Shown here: positions 1-9,700 of the stretch, piece by piece
How the letters are laid out: each line of letters opens with the position of its first letter
How positions within the stretch are numbered: position 1 is the stretch's first letter
Assembly: GCA_965644495.1 (NCBI GenBank)
Contig: CBFFSA010000002.1
Span: 434,001 to 498,000, forward strand
From: Perkinsela sp. CCAP 1560/9
Lineage: Eukaryota > Protista > Euglenozoa: Kinetoplastea
Direction: 5' to 3'
Length of the DNA: 64,000 nt
Made by a program: the position numbers and the translations under genes
The notes under the pieces: model-generated
Told to the model about the DNA's origin: nothing
Seen by the model: only the letters and a program-made list of their open reading frames with translations
The model's database searches: none

Positions 1-504
1 AAAGAAATCAGCTAAAAACTTTAAATAAGTTTATTTAAAGTTTTAAAGCTTCCGCGAACCATGCTAAAAATTGAATGACAGATAGCTTACCGACGCATAC
101 AAAAAGGTAAACATGACAACACCTGAGATCACTCAAAATAAATTCGTCAGTGGAGAGAATATTGTACACTGTGGTGCGCATAGTCGCGACGCAAAAAAAA
201 TATCCAACAAAGGGTAATGCTCAAAACCCAATTTGCATGGAATATAAGAGCAATTTATGCGTGATAACTACGTACTGTGATTCAAATCAGTTCAAACTAA
301 TTCGAACTTTTTTTTGGGGGGGGGGATTCTTTTTTTTTCGAACATTAATTAATTGGAGGTTTTGCTACTCCACCCTAACCCAGCTATCGTACCCCGCAGC
401 GGTACCAGTCCTGTACAGCCGCCTGTACGATCTGGGAACTAATTTGAGTACAAAAACCAAAAAGATGCAACATTTTTTAGTGCTAAAAGGCTAAACACGA
501 TTTC

Positions 505-2358
505 TCATCTCCTACCTGTGCGCCGAGATCTTGTTTCACGGTCTCTTCTGTCCGGCGATCTTTCTGTGCGTCGTGGACTTTTCCTGTGCACACGATCCGA
601 TCGTCTATCCCTTTCAGCAGACTTCCTTTTGTATTTTCTTGATCGAGAACGGGACCGACTGCGGTAAGGGGACTCGTGACGGGCTCGGCGCGCAGCATAG
701 CGATCTTCAACAGCCTCATTTTCTTGATAACCGGCACGCTCTTTTCGTTTGTCTCTTCTTATCTTTTCACGATCTTCGGTGATATCCTTTCCTTTTTCTC
801 CCTCGCGGTGTGAGCCGCGGGACACGGGAGTCGCGGTTGGGGGTTGGGGTGCCTTATTTATGATCACATTATCCTCCGAGTTTTCCTCCTCACTAAGTTC
901 CGCAAGAGATGTTATTTTATTCCCTGGTAAGGTTCTAAGTGCCTCGATGCCGCCAGTCTGTGATGTCAGTTCCGTCGTTTTATCGATCGCAGGCATGGCT
1001 GCATCATTCACAGATGCCAGAGCGTTCGCTACGGGGGCGCTGGGCGGGAGCTCTGCCATCGGTGCGTTCACTACAACAGCCACCGGATGAGAAGGAAGTC
1101 CTTCGGAGGCCGAGGGCGTGGGCAAATTCCCACCCACCTCATTTCCATACGGACCTTTCTCAGCAATACCAAGTCCTGTTTCAGAGATCCACTCACTAGG
1201 AATACTCGCCGACCCTGTAGAGGGGGCAGCGTCTTCACCGGACGTAGTTTTCGGAGGATCAAATGTATCAAGCCACTTCAGCGCGGCGTCTAGCTCCTCA
1301 TCGGTGCATTCTTTCGCTGCCTCAAACTCGTCCGTTTCTTCCAACGAAACCTCGAAATCATCCAAATATTTCATCACCGTGCGCGCTGCCTCTAACCGAC
1401 GTGTAAAGGCACTGTGAAACGGACTTGCCTCGTGGAGAAACTCATACCGCACGTTAGCCTTCAGTGCCTCTAAATCAATCTCCTCCCCAGAAATTATCCT
1501 CGCCACGACTTTATCCAGTAGCTCCTGGTTCAACTGACTACGCAGCACCGTGGGCGATAGCCTTAGTTTAATGTCCAACCCACTACCGTCGGTGGCCAGG
1601 GCATGTCGGAACTGGTCCAAATTACTTACCAGCTGCCCATTGACCAGCACCACACGATGACGCAGCGGGACGTGCGCTCGATAGGCTACCGAGTTCTCGT
1701 GGATCCCCACGACCACTAAATTCTCATTTAAGTTTAGCCCCAGGGGGTCCTGGGGGGTTGCTTTTTGTAGTGTGACCTCAATCCCTGCATTGGTTGTGTC
1801 CACAGGCGAAGGAACAGAAGACGAAGACGGGGAAGGGATGGCTGGGATCGAGGAGGGGAGAGCTCCCTGTAGTCGAGGAGAACGGGCTCTTGAGGACCCG
1901 AAACCGTCAAGATGGCTGCCGAGAGAGGAGCTTGTCGTCGGAGAGCTGGTCATCGGAGCCCCGAGATGGGAGAACGAAGTTCCTAACGGGACCTCCGGCA
2001 GGATGTCTTCTCCAATAGACGGCCGAGGCGGCCCGTAGGATTGTAGTGAGGGCGGGTAACTCCGGGGGTCGATGGGAGACTCTCGAGGTCGTTCGTGGTT
2101 TGGCCAGTGACCGGGATTGTAGGACTCGTGGGTGGGGTAGGGGTAGGGTGGGGGGTGGGACTCACGAGAGTGGGCGTCCATGCGGTAGGACGGGGGGTGC
2201 GGGGGAGGATGGGAGTCGTACGGGTCATGACCGGTTCCGGGGTGGGAAAGTAAATGGGGAGGAATAGGGGGGTGCTGTTTGTCACGAGGGGGTGGGGGTT
2301 GTCCTCCATGTTCCTTTTTTAATTTTGAAAGCACGCGGCCGAAGGAGCTGATCGACAT
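505..2358 (-). CDS. Pro-rich/PDZ/SURP-like/RS-domain protein (possible splicing-associated factor)
   Basis: First in-frame ATG at 2358 (the ORF track starts at a TTG at 2454). PDZ-like segment IEVTLQKATPQDPLGLNL...VVLVNGQLV, SURP-like segment LLDKVVARI...RYEFLHEASPFHSAFTRRL, and a C-terminal RSRSRSRS tail. Confidence 0.65.
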   Translation of the reverse strand: MSISSFGRVLSKLKKEHGGQPPPPRDKQHPPIPPHLLSHPGTGHDPYDSHPPPHPPSYRMDAHSRESHPPPYPYPTHESYNPGHWPNHERPRESPIDPRSYPPSLQSYGPPRPSIGEDILPEVPLGTSFSHLGAPMTSSPTTSSSLGSHLDGFGSSRARSPRLQGALPSSIPAIPSPSSSSVPSPVDTTNAGIEVTLQKATPQDPLGLNLNENLVVVGIHENSVAYRAHVPLRHRVVLVNGQLVSNLDQFRHALATDGSGLDIKLRLSPTVLRSQLNQELLDKVVARIISGEEIDLEALKANVRYEFLHEASPFHSAFTRRLEAARTVMKYLDDFEVSLEETDEFEAAKECTDEELDAALKWLDTFDPPKTTSGEDAAPSTGSASIPSEWISETGLGIAEKGPYGNEVGGNLPTPSASEGLPSHPVAVVVNAPMAELPPSAPVANALASVNDAAMPAIDKTTELTSQTGGIEALRTLPGNKITSLAELSEEENSEDNVIINKAPQPPTATPVSRGSHREGEKGKDITEDREKIRRDKRKERAGYQENEAVEDRYAARRARHESPYRSRSRSRSRKYKRKSAERDRRSDRVHRKSPRRTERSPDRRDRETRSRRTGRR

Positions 2359-2481
2359 ACACAGGAGAAAAGTTAAAATAAATCTGATTTTTGCTAAGTG
2401 ACAAACAGAACGTTGTTTGAGGGTGAAGGGGGCTAATGGCGTGAAATCAAACAAAGTTTAAAAGTTCTGTTATCAACTTCG

Positions 2482-3417
2482 CTATTTGAGGACAACCATT
2501 CCAATAATCAATACGAATCCTAAAAGAATAGAGAGGACTTGAAGAATAAATCCCCGATTGGACCGCAAGCTATGAAAATATCGGAGTAGTTCTCCCTGAC
2601 CCGTTTGCACGGCTCCTAGTGACCATTCCGTCTCGTCATCTATTCGCAACAACAGTGATTCCTGTTCGGTTACTAAGCGGGTAAAATCTTGAAAAACATC
2701 CGAAAGCTGATGAACAGATTTCTCAAGGCCATGTGCAGCTTTTGCCCTCTGTGAAAAATCCCGAGTTTGAGATGCGGTTTCTTCTAGCTTTAACGTAGTA
2801 GATTCGACAGAACCTCTTTCGTCAGAGCTAAATAGAGTATTGCGATCAGATCCGTGATAAACATATCTACTACGTCGCTTATTCACCTCGGCAAGCGCCT
2901 TGGTGCGAAGTGCTAACTGATTTTGAAATGACTTGGCAAGTTTCATGTGTCTTAACCGTAACGAATGAACGATGACATCTTCGTTCTGAGCTTCTTGCTC
3001 GCTACTATACCTGATTGTCTGAGATCTCTTGCGAGCCAAAGATTCTGTTTCGTGTTGAATTTCCTTTAGCGAACGTCGAATAAGCGATATCAGCTCCTGG
3101 ACATCACGTGTAGCGTCGTCAAAAACGTTCCCAAAGCGATTAGAACCCGCTACTGCTTCGGTTAAATTGTGGACCATATCCTGTGTTGCAGAAATCTGCT
3201 CAGCGAGTGTCATAGAGTGCGCGACAAATGTCATGGGTGTCAAATCTGGAGGGGAAAAGGATCTACTTGCTGCTGTCGACGCAGTTTTTTCTGACCCATG
3301 CGGATGGTGTGCAGACCTTTTTCTGTGAAATGGCTTGTCGATCTGTGTGTCTTGTCGAATCTTTATATACTGAAACAAATCCTTGGTGCGGTCGACAGGT
3401 TCGGAACGAAAGCTCAT
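2482..3417 (-). CDS. STX5: Syntaxin-5/Sed5-like Qa-SNARE
   Basis: N-terminal DRTxxLF motif, SNARE helix LEKSVHQLSDVFQDFTRLVTEQESLLLRIDD...GQGELLRYF, and a C-terminal TM anchor. Confidence 0.85.
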   Translation of the reverse strand: MSFRSEPVDRTKDLFQYIKIRQDTQIDKPFHRKRSAHHPHGSEKTASTAASRSFSPPDLTPMTFVAHSMTLAEQISATQDMVHNLTEAVAGSNRFGNVFDDATRDVQELISLIRRSLKEIQHETESLARKRSQTIRYSSEQEAQNEDVIVHSLRLRHMKLAKSFQNQLALRTKALAEVNKRRSRYVYHGSDRNTLFSSDERGSVESTTLKLEETASQTRDFSQRAKAAHGLEKSVHQLSDVFQDFTRLVTEQESLLLRIDDETEWSLGAVQTGQGELLRYFHSLRSNRGFILQVLSILLGFVLIIGMVVLK

Positions 3418-3657
3418 GCTTTACATTTTATCACAAGGAATGCATTTTGTGGTGCAAAAATCCGTCCTATAAGCAAGGAATATCGATATTGAAGCACCAT
3501 TGGAGCTTAGAAAAGGTAATTTATGATCACTTAATACTTAAAAAAATGTTGCGTTACACTGACATGTTACACATGTAACCACTTTATCTACCGTGTCGTA
3601 GATATCAGACCGACAAAATAAATTACATATCGCATGTAAAATTTTAGCATATGTGTC

Positions 3658-3936
3658 TTATCCAAGGATTATTCCCAGTATTATTGCGAGAACGTTTATG
3701 ATAATCAGTGGAATTCGGAGTATAAGGCGGACACTGCTCAAGATGTTGGCGACTTGAGTTCTCAAACCAGGTTCAAATTGCCCATCAATGTCGTTAGTAT
3801 TAATGGTTTGGAGCGATCGCATTACATCGTGCGAGGCCATCCCCCATTTCGCAAGAAATCTCCGCTCAGAAAGAATTGCCATGCTATTTACTATCAACAG
3901 AGAAGCTCTCAAAATATCGGTAAGATTGAACCCCAT
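3658..3936 (-). CDS. YOS1: Yos1/IER3IP1-like ER-Golgi membrane protein
   Basis: LLIVNSMAILSERRFLAKWG and VRLILRIPLIIINV motifs typical of Yos1. Confidence 0.9.
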   Translation of the reverse strand: MGFNLTDILRASLLIVNSMAILSERRFLAKWGMASHDVMRSLQTINTNDIDGQFEPGLRTQVANILSSVRLILRIPLIIINVLAIILGIILG

Positions 3937-4275
3937 TAAAGCGCTTTAGAATATGGGAAATATGATTTACGTCATATGCATGCACATATTAAAAGAGGTA
4001 CACGACAGTGAACTAGAATATTGAATACATGTATGATAAGGTTACAGTTATGCTTTAAGATTCCAGATGCGTTGAACGTGGACCTACAGTCTTCTTCAAA
4101 ACTCTTTTCGTTAATTTTTGTTATTTTGTTACTGTCCACTATTCCCCAGAAATGTAATCGCTCCAAGTCGAGAGCACAAAAAGTGAACAATACGAGAAAA
4201 AACCAGTGCATTTTCGAACGCAGAGAAACAGTAGTAGACTGGTAGAATGATCACCCCGTTAAACCCTCTCACGAC

Positions 4276-5055
4276 CTACGCGACCTCTACAATGCCATTG
4301 TTCATGAAACGTAGCACCCCGTCCGTGTGAAACAGCTGCTCCCACCCGCAAGAGGGGAGGGGCGCCCACCTGGGATCGGCCCCAAAGGGGATCGTTTGGT
4401 TATTCTCCAACTGGTCCCCCCAAATCACCGCGGAGTGGTGCTCAACCATGGCTTGTCGTTTGCAGTGCTCCGAAGTGGGATTTAACACTATGTGCTCGGG
4501 GGAGACACGGAAGTACAGCGTTGCCGCGGCCTCGATCTCTGCTGTGTGCGCGTTAAAGAAGTTGCACATCTCACGAAACGCGGAAGAGTTTCGAGTGGTT
4601 CGCATTCTGTTCGCGCGGGAGACGGAATCAATAGGGTGGATCCAGGGCCTTTTTGCCCAGGTGCCATCGTGACGCAAAAAACCACACATAATGGTGAGAC
4701 GACTGGCAATAAGTACGAAAACGTTTCCGTCGTGTGCGGCAACAAAATTTTTGTAATCCTCTAGGGCAATACCTTCAGGAGCAAACGAAACCGGAAGGGG
4801 GTGAGCACACGGCGGTTGATATACTCCATGCACTTTGGAGTCCTTCACAACCAAAAACTTGGTGCGCCACAAAATATTCTCCTCGGACGTGGCTTTCGCG
4901 TGTCGTTGCAAAAAACTATCTATCGGATAGCAGTACAATCCATTTAAATAATTACTCAGGTTGACGGAGTACGTTTTCCGTGGCGCCCAACGTGGGACAC
5001 TAAACATCTGCGCTGATTGAAGTGAGCAAAGCCGTTGTCCAGTTGCTCTATGCAT
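4276..5055 (-). CDS. Hypothetical protein, possibly mitochondrial
   Basis: 259-aa ORF on the cluster strand; Arg/Ser-containing, acid-free N-terminus. Confidence 0.6.
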   Translation of the reverse strand: MHRATGQRLCSLQSAQMFSVPRWAPRKTYSVNLSNYLNGLYCYPIDSFLQRHAKATSEENILWRTKFLVVKDSKVHGVYQPPCAHPLPVSFAPEGIALEDYKNFVAAHDGNVFVLIASRLTIMCGFLRHDGTWAKRPWIHPIDSVSRANRMRTTRNSSAFREMCNFFNAHTAEIEAAATLYFRVSPEHIVLNPTSEHCKRQAMVEHHSAVIWGDQLENNQTIPFGADPRWAPLPSCGWEQLFHTDGVLRFMNNGIVEVA

Positions 5056-5269
5056 TTTTCATAGATAGAACAAGTCTTTTCACGAAAGTTTCCTATTCGA
5101 AAAACAAAAACAAATTACTACAATCGTGCATTACCTAACCGAATATCAGTCAAAAGCAAAATACTGTATAGGACTATTAAAAGGTGGGGATGGAAGGTTA
5201 AGAGGACATTTGCCTTGTTTTGGACCTTAGCGAGCACTACTACTGTAGGCCTCATAAGCTCAACAGGAC

Positions 5270-6046
5270 TCACCTGTAAAACGCGATCACCCTCGCCGGG
5301 GATTCTGGGGCGCCACGAATCCGCAATGGAGCCACAACCACCGTGCACCCCACGACCGGAACATTACGCAAGTTTAAATTCTCCACCTGATACAATCCCG
5401 CGCCCAGTACAATGTTATGCACCGGAAAACTCTCATCCGTACCCACATCCGTAGACAACGTATCCACCCCAATACCCACAATCGAATCCCCCTCCCCACG
5501 TTCCACCAAATACCTCGCCGCTTCCGCACTCCACCCCGGAAACCTCATGGCGTTACAATACTCATCTCCCCCCCCCTCCCCCCTCCCCCCCCCCTTCTCA
5601 AACCTCTCATCAAACCCGGAGCGCATACACACCAGCGCCCCGTGTGGGATCCCCCCGTACCTCCCCTCCCACTCCGCTATGTCGCGTACCCCCAGCCCGT
5701 AGGTCGGGTCCCCGCGACACCTCTCCGCGACGTCCACCACGACCAAGGGGGCGACAAGGCGGTGGGGGGGGATGCGGTCGATGGGGGGGAGGTGGGGGAA
5801 GAAGTGGGCGGGGGCGTCGACGTGGGTGCCGCAGTCCCCGCCGAGGGTGTAGTGCTCGGTGGCGTAGCCCTCGGTGGGGACGGAGGTGTCGCGGGTGCGG
5901 CAGAGCGGGAGACGGCCCGGCCACACGGGGTGGGAGGCGTGGAGGTCGTGGGTGAGGTCGTAGACGGTGGGGGAGGGGGAGGGGGAGGGGGGGGAGGGGG
6001 AGGGGGGTGGGGGAGGGGGGTTTTGTTGGTGTTGCTGGGGTTTCAT
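5270..6046 (-). CDS. Cyclase-family metal-dependent hydrolase (KynB/isatin hydrolase-like)
   Basis: YDLTH, GTHVDAPAHF, FPGWSAEAARYL, IGVDTLSTD, VENLNL and APLRIRGAPESPARVIA match the cyclase family pattern. Confidence 0.9.
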   Translation of the reverse strand: MKPQQHQQNPPPPPPSPSPPSPSPSPTVYDLTHDLHASHPVWPGRLPLCRTRDTSVPTEGYATEHYTLGGDCGTHVDAPAHFFPHLPPIDRIPPHRLVAPLVVVDVAERCRGDPTYGLGVRDIAEWEGRYGGIPHGALVCMRSGFDERFEKGGGRGEGGGDEYCNAMRFPGWSAEAARYLVERGEGDSIVGIGVDTLSTDVGTDESFPVHNIVLGAGLYQVENLNLRNVPVVGCTVVVAPLRIRGAPESPARVIAFYR

Positions 6047-7330
6047 CGAGGATAGAGAAGATGGTGTAGAGTTGTTTTAGGCTGTTTTTAGGAAAAAAAT
6101 AAATAAAGATACTATAAAGTACCTATACTACCTTTAAAGTTTTATGTACCTATAATTTTAGCGGTCGACTTTTTGTGCCATTTGGGTGGGGAATCTGTGC
6201 AGTCTGGGTGCTCGGGTCGCGGAGAGTAGGCCTTGTTGGAGGGAATGATTTTTCTGATTACCTACTTAGGAAACAATCTTGCACAGGTATAGTTTTCAGG
6301 CAGTTATAGTGCCGAACAAGCTTCATCAGCATCAGACGTGGAAAACACTTCCACCAGGCCTTCTCTGATCGTCGTTGATAAGCCATGCGATATCAACGAT
6401 TACATTGTTGAACAATGTTATCAATGTTTCTGCTTCTAAAATTTCCACTACCACTTGACTCCAGATTGTAGCATTTCCAGAACACAAGACGCATATTGAA
6501 CATGTTGTTCTACTATGGGAATAGCCAGTGTCTGCAACAATGGATCCTGAATGGCCGCGTTTCATACTCCATGATCACACTTCCATTATATCATGGTTTC
6601 GAACACCTTTGAAAGGTTTATAGGACTTGACATAAATTTGCACTTTCAACAGCATTTTCCGTCTTCCGCTTTCTGACTCGCTTCTCCTTCACTATGACTC
6701 AGGGCTGAAGAGTACGAGGTCCGAGTGCCTTTTTCGCAAACAAAGTTCCGCTTTTGAACTACAGAGCCGACATTCAGAAATTGTTTTCCGGGCCTCCACC
6801 TCCTTGTAAGTAGTACAAGGCCTTATTGCTAATAACGCTGGACAAATTCAGCTCGACTTTCTGTATTACCCGAGAGCCCAGGCATTGAAAAATTTCAACA
6901 AAATAGTACGATTCCAGTGCAAATCATTGACAAAAAAATATAGGTAGATAAAGGTAGGGAAAAATTATATAGTTACTTTAAAGTACCTATAATAAAGTTT
7001 TATAGTTATTCGGACCCCTGAGGCTAATTTTATGAGGTTTGAAGATGAGGTGGGTAAAAAGAAAAAGGAGATGGTTTTAGTTTCGGATGGATGTAGGGTA
7101 GGTGATGAAGGGTCCTTGATACAGGTAAAGTGGTGCGCTTGTATGTCTAAAAGAATACCATCTGGCGCATACAGAGTGTAAAACATTTAATCCGAAAGGA
7201 ACACTTTTTCATTTTTATAGTAGACCTTAAGGCAAGTCATACGATGATGATGCTAGACAAGGAGAACGAGGAGAATGAGATACAGAGTAGAGAAGTCAGT
7301 TCCCATAGGAAAATATTTGCGACGTCTTAC

Positions 7331-9535
7331 TCATTTTTTGAGTACAGTCTTATTCGTAGCGTTGGTAAGTGGTCGCTTTCTATTCCACGATTTGTCTTTT
7401 AGGCTAGGCAGCTCATAGGATGCACTCGCGGCCCTTGGAGTGGTGTGTTCGGTATTTGATACAGAGCTGCTCGGCTGCACGCTAGCTGCTCGCGACTCCT
7501 TTACTGAGCATCCTTTTTGGCTGTCTGTTTCTCGCGCGTAAATGTCCCGACGCAGGGTGGAACGGGAGCTACTTGTCGTGTCTCTTGCTGAGCCATGAGG
7601 TAACCGGGCACGTTTCTCTGGATTACATTCTTCATTAGTTATTTCCACAGCTTGTGCATGAAATTCATGCATAGTCTCTCGCAGGCCAGTAAATGAAAAT
7701 TCCCTTTCTTGAAGTTTCAACGAATCTTGGTTCACGTGAGCGAAATATTCGTCTTGGCAGTCCTTCAGCATTTTTCGTACGCAAGGAACCAATATTCTCT
7801 CCGAGCGATCTTCTCGAATAGCCGCCTGAGAGGCTAAAATATGTGAATGCGATGTTTCCGCATATTGTTGCATTTCATTTGTTACAGCATGAAGCATATC
7901 TCCCCGCTTATCAACAGTACTAAGTAATTCTAAAGTTCGCTCAGCACTACGCCGTAGTTCCGGGATAATGTCTCTGTATTCCTGTACGTCAACAGCTGAG
8001 GGAGCTGCCTTGATTACGCCTTGCACAGAGTTCCGGATATCAGTAAACTGCTCGTTTATGTTGTCGCGAAATTCTGCAAGCACGGAAGAAAATTTGGTTT
8101 CAAGCAAATCCCATTGTGGGGAAAGTTCAGGAGCGTGTGAAATGTATGAAGAGTGCATTTGAGCAACTTTTTCATTCACGGCATCCGCTTCCTCACAAAG
8201 AAGGTTCTCCAATCTATTAGTGCAATTCTCGAATAGCGGTAAAAGACGATGTTCTACGCCGCTAATGCGAGCGTGTAAATTGCTAATTTCTTCGTCCTTC
8301 AGTCTCAATGATTCACGAAGTTTTTTCATAAGACCTTGGTTAAATTCTACAACATTCAATCGTTTCTCCGCACTTTGAAGTGCATCTTTTAGTGCTTCTT
8401 CCAGCTCCTCAATACGACTGCCTCTTCGTAAAAGGTCGTCGTACTCCGACTTTGTGATAACGACGTGTCCTCGTTCATTCGCTTGAATTTCAAGCTTGTT
8501 TTTCGCTTTCTGCAATTCATATTGCAGGCCTTTGATCTTTAGTTGCAATTTCTCTTTCTCGGAATTAACCAAATTCTTAATTAAGCGTGCCTTTGTGGCA
8601 TATTCCAGGGTAGATTTCGTTTCTTCAATATCCCTTGAGCTAGAGGATACACAAGCTATTAGTAGGGTCCGACTAAAACCGCCTATTGAGTCCTGCAAGA
8701 GCTCGGTCAGTTTCGAATCCCGATAAGATATGTGCGAAGGAGGATTCGGAGATGAGAGGTCCAGTATGATTTTCTTCAATGCCAGTAAGCTGCGATTTAT
8801 CGAAGACGCCTCTTGCATGGTCTTCCCTTGTGCTTTGCTTTTACCCACACACTCTGAGCCTGCTAGATCAACTAAGGCAAGATGCGATTCATTTAGCGTA
8901 ATCTCAGCTTCATCGGCCAAGTCTTCGTCGGACACCTCAACGCTCTTCCGACGCAAAATTTTCATGTTCACGATTACGTGACTTCGGCTGCTTCTCTCAT
9001 TCATTGACGTGCTGGCAACATGACGGCTTCGCAGCGCACCAAAAATAATATCTGCGGATTGTTGCAATGAACATATTATGGACCATGTCAAATTTCGTGC
9101 AGCCCCGTGATATACAGGAATCTCTTTCCCAGTCTGCAAATCAGTTACTTTTTCCATGTACACCTCAACCACAGACACAGACAACGTCGACGGACTGTCT
9201 TGAATTCGCTCTAAAAGATGTGAAACGCAGAGAAAAAATATTCCATCCATTTTCTTCGGATCAGATCCAAAAATCGTATGCGTTTTACCTGTTCCTGTTT
9301 GCCCATAAACCATAATCGTACCCTGCGAGCCATCGCGAATGGAATCTAGAGTAGGACGGCAGCACTGCTGAAATACTTTATCTTGGCTATAGTCAGGGCT
9401 GAGCAGATGATCACAATCAAACGTTTTTGGCCCGAATAATATTCTCTTTGTTTCACTGTGATATTCCATGTTATTCGCACCGGATTCTCCTGACAGAAGC
9501 GGCCGTAATCTAATCGCGACCTGTATGCTCGTCAT
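7331..9535 (-). CDS. N-terminal-motor kinesin (kinesin-5-like neck)
   Basis: GQTGTGKT P-loop, NERSSRSH, LVDLAGSE and HISYRDSKLTELLQDSIGG, followed by a coiled coil. Confidence 0.95.
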   Translation of the reverse strand: MTSIQVAIRLRPLLSGESGANNMEYHSETKRILFGPKTFDCDHLLSPDYSQDKVFQQCCRPTLDSIRDGSQGTIMVYGQTGTGKTHTIFGSDPKKMDGIFFLCVSHLLERIQDSPSTLSVSVVEVYMEKVTDLQTGKEIPVYHGAARNLTWSIICSLQQSADIIFGALRSRHVASTSMNERSSRSHVIVNMKILRRKSVEVSDEDLADEAEITLNESHLALVDLAGSECVGKSKAQGKTMQEASSINRSLLALKKIILDLSSPNPPSHISYRDSKLTELLQDSIGGFSRTLLIACVSSSSRDIEETKSTLEYATKARLIKNLVNSEKEKLQLKIKGLQYELQKAKNKLEIQANERGHVVITKSEYDDLLRRGSRIEELEEALKDALQSAEKRLNVVEFNQGLMKKLRESLRLKDEEISNLHARISGVEHRLLPLFENCTNRLENLLCEEADAVNEKVAQMHSSYISHAPELSPQWDLLETKFSSVLAEFRDNINEQFTDIRNSVQGVIKAAPSAVDVQEYRDIIPELRRSAERTLELLSTVDKRGDMLHAVTNEMQQYAETSHSHILASQAAIREDRSERILVPCVRKMLKDCQDEYFAHVNQDSLKLQEREFSFTGLRETMHEFHAQAVEITNEECNPEKRARLPHGSARDTTSSSRSTLRRDIYARETDSQKGCSVKESRAASVQPSSSVSNTEHTTPRAASASYELPSLKDKSWNRKRPLTNATNKTVLKK

Positions 9536-9700
9536 ATCGGTTTAACTAAGAAATATGAATTGAAATCAAAGCAGGCACAAGGGCTTGTGTAAACAGTATC
9601 CTCTATAAAATAGATTCTTAAGCAAAAAAATATTCTTCGTTTCTTGTGTTTTATGAATTACAACCCTCAGAAAGGTGGGCAACACAATAGAACAGGGAAA

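Noticed and set aside
5417-6055. Long + strand and alternate-frame ORFs over GC islands (also 10061-10780, 21529-22050, 32490-33140, 44428-45048, 57003-57767)
   Set aside because: They are shadows of real minus-strand genes; stops are rare in GC-rich DNA.
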